From: a virus
IMG/VR virus record: IMGVR_UViG_3300020477_000014
Location: 96,001-160,000 of that record
Length of the DNA: 64,000 nt
Direction: 5' to 3' (one strand)
Shown: one piece after another, positions 37,166-46,314 of the stretch
Layout: the number at the start of each line of letters is the position of its first letter
Numbering within the stretch: the stretch's first letter is position 1
Made by a program: the position numbers and the translations under genes
The notes under the pieces: model-generated
What the model saw: only the letters and a program-made list of their open reading frames with translations
What the model was told of the DNA's origin: nothing
The model's database searches: none

Positions 37166-40100
37166 TGACCACTCTCGGGGCTTTATTGGCGGCAATGGGC
37201 ATTGCTGAGCATACGCAGAATACTGCGGCTAGCAAGATTAAGGCGGCATGCGAAAAAGATTTGGCGGCAAGCAAAGCCGATTGTCTGAAAAAATGCCAGA
37301 CTGATCATACAGGAGATTTTCGCGAGAGATGCAAAGAGATCTGCGCGGACACCTACAGCCAACAGTTGACTAAGTGTATTACGGAGGCTGGCGATCAGGC
37401 GTCGGGAATTTCTGCGGCTCGAGAATCTTTGGTGCCGCACTTAGAAGAGGCTTACAAAACCACTCAAGAGTGTGCCTCTTCATTGTCTGCAAACCAAACA
37501 CAACTACAAAACACCCTGACACAAGTTTATGCTAGCAATAAAGAGATGTTTGGAGCTAGCTTACAAGCCAGCGCAGAGTCGTTTGGCGGGGGAACCTCTG
37601 TGGACCCTCAATTGGTGACAAAGGGAGCCACCATTTCTAATTTTCAAAGCTCGATGGGTACATGGCCAGCAACGGCTACTGTTCTTCAAGATGCTGCGTG
37701 TGCTTCTATTCTACATCGTATAATTGCGTCAGAAAGAGGAAGTCTCGTGCTTCCGGATTTTCCCGCCCTTACTGATGATGAGCAAAATTTTCAATTATCT
37801 CAAGAATTTGGAGGGGGCGGAGCATCTTTAACCACCTTTGGGGATACGATGACGAACATGTACCCTGTGGGATGGGCATCCTTGTTTGCTGTTATTTTGG
37901 CTCAATGTGAGCTTATCGTGAGCGAGAAGCTTTTTATACCGCCCGGCGCCGGCGGTGCTTTGACGAGCGAAGAGGAAAACTCTGGCGCTGTTTTTGCAGC
38001 TATTAACTCCGCTAATCACGCCGCTACAGAAGGGTCCGAAGGTTCCGCAACAATTCAGGATGTGTTTAATACCGGTGGATCGACTTTTTTTGCGGGAAAC
38101 AATAAGGATTTGTCCCCTCTTGTGTTGTTGCGGCATTTAACTGCGGCGGGAAAAATATTAAAATCTATTAATGAGACTTCTACAGTATATTTAGATGATG
38201 TCGAGCCGCGACAGCATACGGTTGGCAATTATTTATTGAGTTCTCCTGTTACCGATTTGTTGAACATCTTAGGTAAAATTAAAAAAGATTCAGATTGCAT
38301 TAAAAATGCTCATGATAAATTTGTGAAGGCAGCAGAAAAAGAACAACAAACAATTAAGGATAATTATAAAGGCACTACATGGAATCCTTTAAATAGTCCG
38401 CCTCCTAATGTTTTGGATGCACTCGATCAAATGGAGCAAGATCCCGAAGAGTTTCTTGCTGAAGGTGGACAAGAGCTTTTTTTAAGAAAGGCAATCTTCA
38501 AGGAGCAGTGTTGGTTGTTGGCATACGTTGATTTGCTAGCACAATTTAAACAGAAACATTTAGATCCTGGCAAATCTTTGGGTACTGGTCCTCAAGATGG
38601 CGTGAAAGAAGGCACCGCCAACAAGCATTTGCCTTATTCGTCTTTTACTATTAATAAGCGGAAAGATAGAAATGCTAACGCCACCTTGCTTGTAGACGGA
38701 GAACCCTATGCTTTTATGAACCGCCTTGTTTGCAATCCACTTTATTCTAGTTACTATCACGATATTCCCACCTCCGAACTTTCCAATATTCAGCCTAAGA
38801 TTAGATTATTTAAAGTTACTTATGATGCTGATAATTCGACGTTAGCTGAAACTGAAATTAATTTTGATTCTCATTTTTCCCCAGCGGCCGCTAGCGCTTT
38901 AAGCAACAGCATCAAAGAGCGTAAACGCCGCGGTGTCGGCGTGGGAATAAAAAGCTTCACTTTTTCTTATGATGGGGGGAACCCTTTTGCGATTAAGAAA
39001 AGTATTGCAGCCAATCTTAAAATTTTTGCTAATAATATAGAGGAACTCTTTGAATCACGCGGCTCAAAGAGTGAGCCATGGCGGTATGTCGATCTGGCTT
39101 TGAAGACGGGAGGATCCACTCTGACACAGGCTATAGATAATCTTGATCCCGCAGAGGGAGCCGCTCTTGATCAGGAGTGTTTTGATCATGTGAAAGAAAA
39201 TAGCGATCGTTACGCTTTAAATTTTCGCCTTAAGGCGCAAGTGGGACTAACGGCACCCAAAACAGGACCGAGCGGATTGGGGACATACGTAGATGCCTTG
39301 CAAGAATCTTATGTTACTCTGAATTTGACCCCTACGGTTCACTCTTTCGAGTTAGATGATATGGGAAGGGTGGTGCTGAATATAAACTTTCTGGCTTATA
39401 TTGATGACATGTTCGATCAGCCCATATTTAATGTCTTTGCGAATGCCAAATACCAAACCGCCGAAAATCAACAAAAATCGGTGTCTCTGGCGCGCATTGA
39501 AAGAGAGATGGAAATTGAGTCGTTTAAATTAAAGTGTGCCGCCGGCACTCATGAAATAAATGAAAAGCGCAAAGAATATACTCATCAAGTTGGACACGAA
39601 ACTGCTGCTAGCCTGTCGTCTTTGATAGGGCATTTGATGGTGCGGGATTTGGTATATTACGTTACTCTAGGCGCAGACGAAATGAATCTGTTTACTCAAG
39701 ACGGACCAACAGAGGCTTTCAAAACGTTGCGGTCAGAATTGTCGGCGCAGATAAATGGGAAACCTACACCCGAAAAAGATATTTGTGCGGAAGGGGGAGA
39801 CAAAGATTCTGCACCCGAATTACTAGGAATTGTTAGTAACGGGAGCCAGCGGTTTTCTAATATGGATGGTCGGGTCGGAGCCGCAATGCAAGAATATGCA
39901 CAAGCCTACGGTGAAGGAGAAACCAGTGGCGCAATTCTACAGGCACTTATTTCTGGAGGGGATCCCAATCAACACACTCTTTCGTTCTTTTTTGTAAGCG
40001 ACTTAATAGATGTGATTTTAGAAAACATTGAAGCAGAACTAGCTTCTTTGCCGGGCGCCCTGGAAACGTTGAAGTCGTCGTCGCACGTTAAGGCTTCTCA

Positions 40101-41178
40101 GGTTAGCTCCCGCCAACGAGAGATGAGGCAATATTTAATTAGTTTTAAAAAAATACGCGTTTTGTTGGGACCGGCTGAATTGTATACAGTTTCGTCGAAC
40201 GGAGAACAGGTGCGCACAATTGCGAATTTAGGCGACATGCCTATTTCCACCAAATATTTTTTAGAATGGATGATGGAAAAAATGCTTAAAAAACAAGAAG
40301 TGTTCTATCCTTTGACTAAATTTATAAATGATTTCTTTAATGATTTATTAAATAATTTCCTTAATAATGATTCTTGCTTTGGATTTTCCATTAAGCAACA
40401 AACACGCATTAATCAGGCTGCTGTCACTGCTTTCAGTCGTAATAATGGCATTGATTCTCTTTCGGCTAAATTGTTTCAGAACAAAAAGCCCTCCCAACAA
40501 AAGGTGCGAATCGATTTGAGTGATGGTGCATTGTGGACCCAAGGTTCCCCATTGTTGGAGCTTTCAGGTCCTGCTGGGAGTGCTAAAACTAAAATTTCTA
40601 ACCAGCACGAGATGAATTATATGATCTTTTTCGCTGGTAGAGTTCAGCCGACAGAACTTATGCAAGGCAAACGATTGAGTTGGAAGGACAAGAGGGGTAC
40701 ACTCCACTTAGGTGATCAGGTGCGTGGAATCAATCATTATCTTTTAGGAAAAGACCGCGGGATTATTAAAAATATTAAACTTTCCAAAACTCAAGTGCCC
40801 GGGCTTGCAGAGGTTAGGTTCGAGCAAGATGGGTACGATGGGCTCTCTCAATTAAGGGTTATATATAATGTAGAAATTACTACTTATGCTGATGTACACG
40901 CGTGGCCTGGCACTTATATTTATGTTGATCCCAGAGGCTTTAGTCCTGGTGGGTTGGCGATACCTGACTCTTCACTAGATTTTACAGATTTGGGAATCGG
41001 AGGTTATTATATGATTATTCGTTCTGAGCACGGCTTTGGCGAAGGATTCGCCCAAACCACAATACACGCTCAATGGGTCAATGCTATAGAGAACGACGCC
41101 AAAAACAACCAATGTGTAATTCTTAAAGAGGCTTCGGGGGGAGATGGTATGCGTAGGAAGAAAGGGGGGTGTTCTTAA
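37165..41178 (+). CDS. Large baseplate hub-like protein (1337 aa)
   Basis: Follows the LysM gene. C-terminal PGTYIYVDP...LGIGGYYMIIRSEH...TTIHAQW resembles hub (gp27/VgrG-type) ends. Cys-rich N-terminus. Confidence 0.5.
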   Translation: MTTLGALLAAMGIAEHTQNTAASKIKAACEKDLAASKADCLKKCQTDHTGDFRERCKEICADTYSQQLTKCITEAGDQASGISAARESLVPHLEEAYKTTQECASSLSANQTQLQNTLTQVYASNKEMFGASLQASAESFGGGTSVDPQLVTKGATISNFQSSMGTWPATATVLQDAACASILHRIIASERGSLVLPDFPALTDDEQNFQLSQEFGGGGASLTTFGDTMTNMYPVGWASLFAVILAQCELIVSEKLFIPPGAGGALTSEEENSGAVFAAINSANHAATEGSEGSATIQDVFNTGGSTFFAGNNKDLSPLVLLRHLTAAGKILKSINETSTVYLDDVEPRQHTVGNYLLSSPVTDLLNILGKIKKDSDCIKNAHDKFVKAAEKEQQTIKDNYKGTTWNPLNSPPPNVLDALDQMEQDPEEFLAEGGQELFLRKAIFKEQCWLLAYVDLLAQFKQKHLDPGKSLGTGPQDGVKEGTANKHLPYSSFTINKRKDRNANATLLVDGEPYAFMNRLVCNPLYSSYYHDIPTSELSNIQPKIRLFKVTYDADNSTLAETEINFDSHFSPAAASALSNSIKERKRRGVGVGIKSFTFSYDGGNPFAIKKSIAANLKIFANNIEELFESRGSKSEPWRYVDLALKTGGSTLTQAIDNLDPAEGAALDQECFDHVKENSDRYALNFRLKAQVGLTAPKTGPSGLGTYVDALQESYVTLNLTPTVHSFELDDMGRVVLNINFLAYIDDMFDQPIFNVFANAKYQTAENQQKSVSLARIEREMEIESFKLKCAAGTHEINEKRKEYTHQVGHETAASLSSLIGHLMVRDLVYYVTLGADEMNLFTQDGPTEAFKTLRSELSAQINGKPTPEKDICAEGGDKDSAPELLGIVSNGSQRFSNMDGRVGAAMQEYAQAYGEGETSGAILQALISGGDPNQHTLSFFFVSDLIDVILENIEAELASLPGALETLKSSSHVKASQVSSRQREMRQYLISFKKIRVLLGPAELYTVSSNGEQVRTIANLGDMPISTKYFLEWMMEKMLKKQEVFYPLTKFINDFFNDLLNNFLNNDSCFGFSIKQQTRINQAAVTAFSRNNGIDSLSAKLFQNKKPSQQKVRIDLSDGALWTQGSPLLELSGPAGSAKTKISNQHEMNYMIFFAGRVQPTELMQGKRLSWKDKRGTLHLGDQVRGINHYLLGKDRGIIKNIKLSKTQVPGLAEVRFEQDGYDGLSQLRVIYNVEITTYADVHAWPGTYIYVDPRGFSPGGLAIPDSSLDFTDLGIGGYYMIIRSEHGFGEGFAQTTIHAQWVNAIENDAKNNQCVILKEASGGDGMRRKKGGCS

Positions 41179-41183
41179 TAATT

Positions 41184-42446
41184 ATGTCGACGTATTTTAA
41201 AGAAAGCAATAATGAAACTACGATAAAGTTATATAATAAAAGTATTATTTATAAAGACCGCGCGATCCGGTCGGAGGATAATAATATAGTTGATTTTAAT
41301 CGGGGAGAAAAAACGTTTTTTGGGCGCATTCGAAGAGATTCAACTCCGGTAATTGTAACGTCTCAGAGGTCTCTCAAAAAGATAAAAAACAGCCCTCCTG
41401 GCGAACCCCCCCAACGAGCTATGAATTTCGTGGTAGATGTATTCCACGAGATGACAACGCAATTTAAAAAATGCGCTGAATTGGGGAAGATCGATGGAGA
41501 CGAGCCTTTCTTGGGAAATTTGGTTGCCCACCAATCCTACCAGGACCCACGCCGCCTTTATATAGAATATAAAAATTCTCTTTTTGGTCACATAGCGAGT
41601 TATTTCCGGGTTAATAATGTTTATGTGGAAGATTTTCCTTCTTTTGTGCATAAATTTTTGTCGATGGCTCGCGGAATAACTCAGACCACGCGTATTACTT
41701 TTCCTGGCTTCGTTAAAAGCCGAGATTGTCCTATTTTAGTGAGTGGGTTGGCGATTGAAATCGCCGCAGACCAAGATTGCGCTAATGATGACGAAAAAGT
41801 AAAACAATTTATTAATAGTAAAAATTGGGATTTTTATGTTAATACTTGCGATACGTATGGTTTTATGATAGACTATAATATACCTTGGAGAATTGTGGCA
41901 GATATTGATTCTGAAATAATGCGAGAATATGCCGGGCTTTATGGATATGTTTCCCCGCAAGATCTATTAGAGAGAGCCTACACAAGCGTGGCAGCTAACT
42001 ACTCTCACAACACGCTGGTTGATGATTTGTTTGTTTTGTATAACCATGTAAGGGTCCCCTATTGGTCTCAAACTATAACATGCCGAGATGGAAGCACGAA
42101 ACAGATAAGTAAATTTTCTAAAACATATACCCGAGAGCAACTATTAACGACAATGACTGAATCCGACTTTTTCCAAATATTCTTACAATTGCGTCTTTAT
42201 GAAGAGCGCCCCGATCTTAATGACTCTGAGATCCAACAGTTGGTGAAAGATGTTGGCGGCATGGTAAGTAGCGGCAAGAAAGCATATGGATTGAAAATAT
42301 TTGAAAGAATTATTAATAAAGAATTTGACAAAATTGGTTCTTTCAGTTATATTAGATATTCAGATAAAAAGAAATTGGAGCAGTCTTTCTCTGAGGGAGA
42401 GGTGGACGCTATAAAGGTAGATGCAGATGATATTTCAAGCTATTGA
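41184..42446 (+). CDS. Hypothetical protein
   Basis: About 420-aa ORF at the end of the tail module. No motif recognised. Confidence 0.7.
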   Translation: MSTYFKESNNETTIKLYNKSIIYKDRAIRSEDNNIVDFNRGEKTFFGRIRRDSTPVIVTSQRSLKKIKNSPPGEPPQRAMNFVVDVFHEMTTQFKKCAELGKIDGDEPFLGNLVAHQSYQDPRRLYIEYKNSLFGHIASYFRVNNVYVEDFPSFVHKFLSMARGITQTTRITFPGFVKSRDCPILVSGLAIEIAADQDCANDDEKVKQFINSKNWDFYVNTCDTYGFMIDYNIPWRIVADIDSEIMREYAGLYGYVSPQDLLERAYTSVAANYSHNTLVDDLFVLYNHVRVPYWSQTITCRDGSTKQISKFSKTYTREQLLTTMTESDFFQIFLQLRLYEERPDLNDSEIQQLVKDVGGMVSSGKKAYGLKIFERIINKEFDKIGSFSYIRYSDKKKLEQSFSEGEVDAIKVDADDISSY

Positions 42447-43599
42447 TGACAAATCCGAATGTGTTGGAGTTTATGTAGATGGCAAATTATATTTTGAAGA
42501 CTTTCCGTCAGATCTTTCGAAGACGTGGAGCTATACTGGTTCACTAAAGGATCACGTTGAATATGCATGGATCCATACTCAAGGTTTGACCTTGATGGAG
42601 GCAGCCCCTCAAGAATTGCAAGTAGATTTATCTGCGGCGTTAAAGAAAATGGAAGCTTATAGGCGTTCGTTTCAGATTGCTAAGGTCAATTTGAATGATC
42701 ATTGTATTTTTGATTTGGTTCCGCATGGTTTTCTTTCTGAATTTTGTGAACTAAAAAATAAGATTACAGCACACGTTTTTGATACGTTTCCTCCCCCTCC
42801 TAACTATGATCATTTGGTGGGGGTCCATCGGCTGCTTCATAAAATTAGCTATCAAGAATTAAATTTGAATGTAGATGGTTGTCGTCATTTGCTTTACAGC
42901 AGTACCGGACGATTAAAAATTAATGAACTCATTAAAAATTATCGCCATATTTATTATAATTTATTTGGCACCGTAACAGGCAGGCTAACAACCAATCAAC
43001 ACTCTTTTCCTATTTTGACTTTGCGTAAGGATCTGAGAGCGATTTTAAAACCGCACAATGATCTGTTTGTAAGCATGGATTATAACGGTGCGGAAATTAG
43101 AACCTTTCTCGATTTATGCGGCAGCGAACAGCCGACGGTGGATATTCATACCTGGAATATAGAAAATATTTTTGAGAACAAAGATATGACGCGAGATGAG
43201 GCTAAAACACTGTTTTTCGCATGGTTGTATAATCCTGAATCTGATCAGATCGATGACGAAATATATAATCGTAAAAAACTTCTTGACACCTGTTATCAAA
43301 ACGGTTATATTACTACTAAATACGGAAGGCATATAAAAGTGGAAGAGCGAAAAGCATTGAATTATCTCATACAAAGTACCACCGCAGATAGAGTGTTGGC
43401 TAAGGCAGTAATGATGGACAAGTTGTTGGAAGGTCGCAGTTCTTTTGTCTCTCATATTATTCATGATGAGGTGGTAATAGACTATGATGATAGCGATAGG
43501 GACATAATGGAAAATTTAAAAAATCTTTTCGAAGATGGATATTTGGCCAACATTAATGCCGGCAAGGATTATTACAATTTAAACAAGTTGGATATATGA
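42427..43599 (+). CDS. Family A DNA polymerase domain (compact; no recognisable exonuclease domains)
   Basis: TGRL, motif A DYNGAEIR, motif B RDEAKTLFFAWLY, NYLIQSTTAD and motif C IHDE. Confidence 0.82.
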   Translation: MIFQAIDDKSECVGVYVDGKLYFEDFPSDLSKTWSYTGSLKDHVEYAWIHTQGLTLMEAAPQELQVDLSAALKKMEAYRRSFQIAKVNLNDHCIFDLVPHGFLSEFCELKNKITAHVFDTFPPPPNYDHLVGVHRLLHKISYQELNLNVDGCRHLLYSSTGRLKINELIKNYRHIYYNLFGTVTGRLTTNQHSFPILTLRKDLRAILKPHNDLFVSMDYNGAEIRTFLDLCGSEQPTVDIHTWNIENIFENKDMTRDEAKTLFFAWLYNPESDQIDDEIYNRKKLLDTCYQNGYITTKYGRHIKVEERKALNYLIQSTTADRVLAKAVMMDKLLEGRSSFVSHIIHDEVVIDYDDSDRDIMENLKNLFEDGYLANINAGKDYYNLNKLDI

Positions 43600-44435
43600 T
43601 TTCAGTTATAGGGCTAGGCAATGCGGCTTCTCGAGTTGCTGAACAGTTTAGTACAACCGCCAATTACAACGTGTATTTATTAAATTCCAAAATATCTCGT
43701 AATTCCAAGCGGAAATTCAAACTGAAAGCGTTTGAAAATCCTGAATCATATGAAGAGAACATTCCAGACGTTGGGACGTTTTTTAAGGACCTTGACGATC
43801 ATGTTCAACTATTTATAGTGGGCTCTTCTTATAGTTCTAATTATGCTCTAGGGATTTTAGAACAGATCAAACAAAAGAAGGTTGAACTGTTTTATGTTCA
43901 GCCAGATACAGAACTGTTGACCGGGATCCCGAAAATGTTGGATAAACTAGTATTCAGTATTCTTCAAGAATATGCGCGCAGTGGCTTGTTGCATTCGTTT
44001 ACGGCGCTTTCCCATCTCAATGTGGAAAGAGCTATTGGGGATATACCAATTAAAAAATATTATGATACTATAAACTCAGCCATTTTTTCGGCGGTTCATT
44101 ACTGTAATTATTTCAATCATGCCGAACCAGAGATAGGATCCGTTTCAAAACCTTTAGACATTAATCGCATTCGTAGTATTGCTATGCTTAATCCAAAAAA
44201 TCTTCAAGAAAAATGGCTTTTTGATCTTGACAACGAGCGAGATATATGTTATTATATATGTATCAATCAAGATAAACTTGAAACCGATGGGAGTTTGCAT
44301 CGAAGAATAGTAGAGAAATTAAAAAACAAACCAAGAAATGCATTTAGAAAAATTTCTTATGCAATTTATGAAACACCACATGATGACTTTGGGTTCTGCG
44401 TTGCCCATACTAACGCAATACAAAATTACACTTGA
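43596..44435 (+). CDS. Divergent tubulin/FtsZ-superfamily protein
   Basis: MISVIGLGNAASRVAE resembles the FtsZ N-terminal loop. The GGGTG(S/T)G signature is replaced by VGSSYSS. Confidence 0.55.
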   Translation: MISVIGLGNAASRVAEQFSTTANYNVYLLNSKISRNSKRKFKLKAFENPESYEENIPDVGTFFKDLDDHVQLFIVGSSYSSNYALGILEQIKQKKVELFYVQPDTELLTGIPKMLDKLVFSILQEYARSGLLHSFTALSHLNVERAIGDIPIKKYYDTINSAIFSAVHYCNYFNHAEPEIGSVSKPLDINRIRSIAMLNPKNLQEKWLFDLDNERDICYYICINQDKLETDGSLHRRIVEKLKNKPRNAFRKISYAIYETPHDDFGFCVAHTNAIQNYT

Positions 44436-44460
44436 CAAGCTACGTTGAGTGTGTTATATT
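44432..44460 (+). promoter_or_regulatory. Sigma70-type promoter with extended -10
   Basis: TTGACA-N17-TATATT, with GAGTGTGT before the -10. Confidence 0.85.
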
Positions 44461-44512
44461 AAAGATACTGAGGGAAGCTTAGTATACTATATTCTTAAAC
44501 AGGAGAAACAAA

Positions 44513-45283
44513 ATGGGAATTAATATGGAACTTATGCGCAAGAAACTTGCTGCCTTGCGTGGAAACGGCGGAGACGCCAAATCTTCAATCTGGTTTAAGC
44601 CAGATGAGGGTGACACAGATATTCGGATCGTTCCAATGAAAGATGGCGATCCGCTTAAAGAAATGCATTTTCACTATAATGTAGGAAACCATAACGGAGC
44701 AGTGCCATGCCCAAAGCGGAATTATGGCGAAGCATGTCCTATTTGTGAGTTTGCTTCACAATTGTGGAAAGAGGGCGTGAACAACAACGACGAAGAAAGC
44801 AAAAAATTAGCAAAGTCTCTTTTTGTTCGTCAGCGTTATTTTTCGCCCGTTGTGGTTCGGAATCGAGAAGACGAAGGCATTAAGGTATACGGGTATGGTA
44901 AGAAAGCCTACGAACTTTTGCTTGGTTACATTCTTGATCCTGAATATGGAGATATCACAGATGTTAATGAGGGTACTGATATCACCCTTACTTACACCAA
45001 ACCAAACAAACCGGGGGCATACCCCCAGACGAGCCTAAAAATGCGTCGAAACACTTCATCTTTGTTGGCGGATACAGAAGCTATCCCCTCCCTCCTTGAT
45101 GGTCTTCCGGAATTTGACTCCCTATTTGAAAGGTTGAGTACCGCCCAAGTGGAGGCGATTTTAGACGAGCAACTCGCCGGCGATTCTACTGCCGAGAGCC
45201 GCTCTTCCCAGACAACGCGATACAAAAAAGAAGAAGGATCCAGCAGTGTGGACCGCGCCTTCAATGAGTTAATGTCAGGGTAA
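44513..45283 (+). CDS. Single-stranded DNA-binding protein (gp32-like)
   Basis: IWFKP...IRIVP, CP...CPIC Zn site, VYGYGKKAY, YGDITD...G.DI motifs and an acidic C-terminus. Confidence 0.8.
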   Translation: MGINMELMRKKLAALRGNGGDAKSSIWFKPDEGDTDIRIVPMKDGDPLKEMHFHYNVGNHNGAVPCPKRNYGEACPICEFASQLWKEGVNNNDEESKKLAKSLFVRQRYFSPVVVRNREDEGIKVYGYGKKAYELLLGYILDPEYGDITDVNEGTDITLTYTKPNKPGAYPQTSLKMRRNTSSLLADTEAIPSLLDGLPEFDSLFERLSTAQVEAILDEQLAGDSTAESRSSQTTRYKKEEGSSSVDRAFNELMSG

Positions 45284-45303
45284 TTTTTAGGCTACCACCG
45301 ATC

Positions 45304-45336
45304 GCAGACCGGGATAGTAAATAGTCTGCCTTTTTT
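45304..45336 (+). terminator. Hairpin with U-tract after SSB
   Basis: GCAGAC-N14-GTCTGC-C-TTTTTT. Confidence 0.5.
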
Positions 45337-45353
45337 CTTGAAAGGAGATTTTA

Positions 45354-46187
45354 ATGTTAAATATGTTGAGCCTGTGTTTAGTGTTGGGGTGCGCCGACAC
45401 CCCTATTGATTCTAACGCAGATCTGATTAATGAGAGGCCGGATAATTATGACTCTAACCCCGAGTCATTACCTCACGACGATTCGGCAGGGTATAAGCCG
45501 GACATGGTTCTATTTCATAATGTATCGGTTCTTACGGAAGGAAATAAGATTTCATGTTTCGATGATGGAGACGATACCCCTTACTGTGGGGTTCAAAAGA
45601 TTATTTTGACAGTATGGGAAGATTACAATGGATTGAGTGATGAAAACAATTGTCAAGTGATTCATAGGTTGTCGCCAGAATATCTGGTGGAAATAGAAAG
45701 CGAAAGTGCCGATTTGTTTGTACAATACGGAGCCAAACAAGCCTGGGAGTTTGATGCTGTCCAATCATTCGTTTTGACGACACCATTGTGTGATATGATT
45801 CCCGAAGAAAGCGATCTGTCGCTCGTTCTCGATCATTTTAAAACTGAGAATGTGGCATTTGGATATAAACCACTTTCAGAGGCTATGCTAGCCGAGTATA
45901 AAGAAAGCTTTGGATCAAATTATACAGAAGAAGAGTGGACACAAAATGTAGAGCCTTACTTGTTGGGTATGACTAATCGTGTTGCTGGGCAATATCGCAC
46001 ACCCAATGTGGGAGCTATCTATAAGATTGAAGAGGAAACAAACGAATTAGTCGTTGACGATGACGGCAACAACACATTGGTCCCTTTTGTGGGTTCCGAG
46101 GTTCTGCCCGATGGTTATTACAGAGCGCCGCCTTATTATGTCTATGATATAACAAAATTTGTGCCGGATTCTGAAACGAGCGACTAA
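45354..46187 (+). CDS. Acidic putative lipoprotein
   Basis: MLNMLSLCLVLG-C lipobox-like N-terminus (no basic n-region). AAGGAG SD. Confidence 0.5.
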   Translation: MLNMLSLCLVLGCADTPIDSNADLINERPDNYDSNPESLPHDDSAGYKPDMVLFHNVSVLTEGNKISCFDDGDDTPYCGVQKIILTVWEDYNGLSDENNCQVIHRLSPEYLVEIESESADLFVQYGAKQAWEFDAVQSFVLTTPLCDMIPEESDLSLVLDHFKTENVAFGYKPLSEAMLAEYKESFGSNYTEEEWTQNVEPYLLGMTNRVAGQYRTPNVGAIYKIEEETNELVVDDDGNNTLVPFVGSEVLPDGYYRAPPYYVYDITKFVPDSETSD

Positions 46188-46314
46188 TATTTTACACCGT
46201 GCACAACGGTGACCGCAGGGAGGCATGGGTTTATAGATGTCTCGTTTACTTTCATGCAACATCTTTGCTAATAGACTTGTGAAGACTATGCACATTTAAA
46301 ACAGGAGAAAACAA

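Noticed and set aside
9181-43815. ACTATTTA copies at 9181 and 43808
   Set aside because: They lie inside coding sequences and were not counted as promoters, although 9181 could serve the protease gene.
43596-44435. Evidence for a nucleus-forming (chimallin/PhuZ) phage
   Set aside because: The tubulin signature is degenerate, no chimallin or multisubunit phage RNAP is seen, and virion genes and sigma70 promoters are T4-like.
46188-46314. Possible tRNA in the intergenic hairpin region
   Set aside because: No cloverleaf, T-loop (GTTCRA) or acceptor stem was found.
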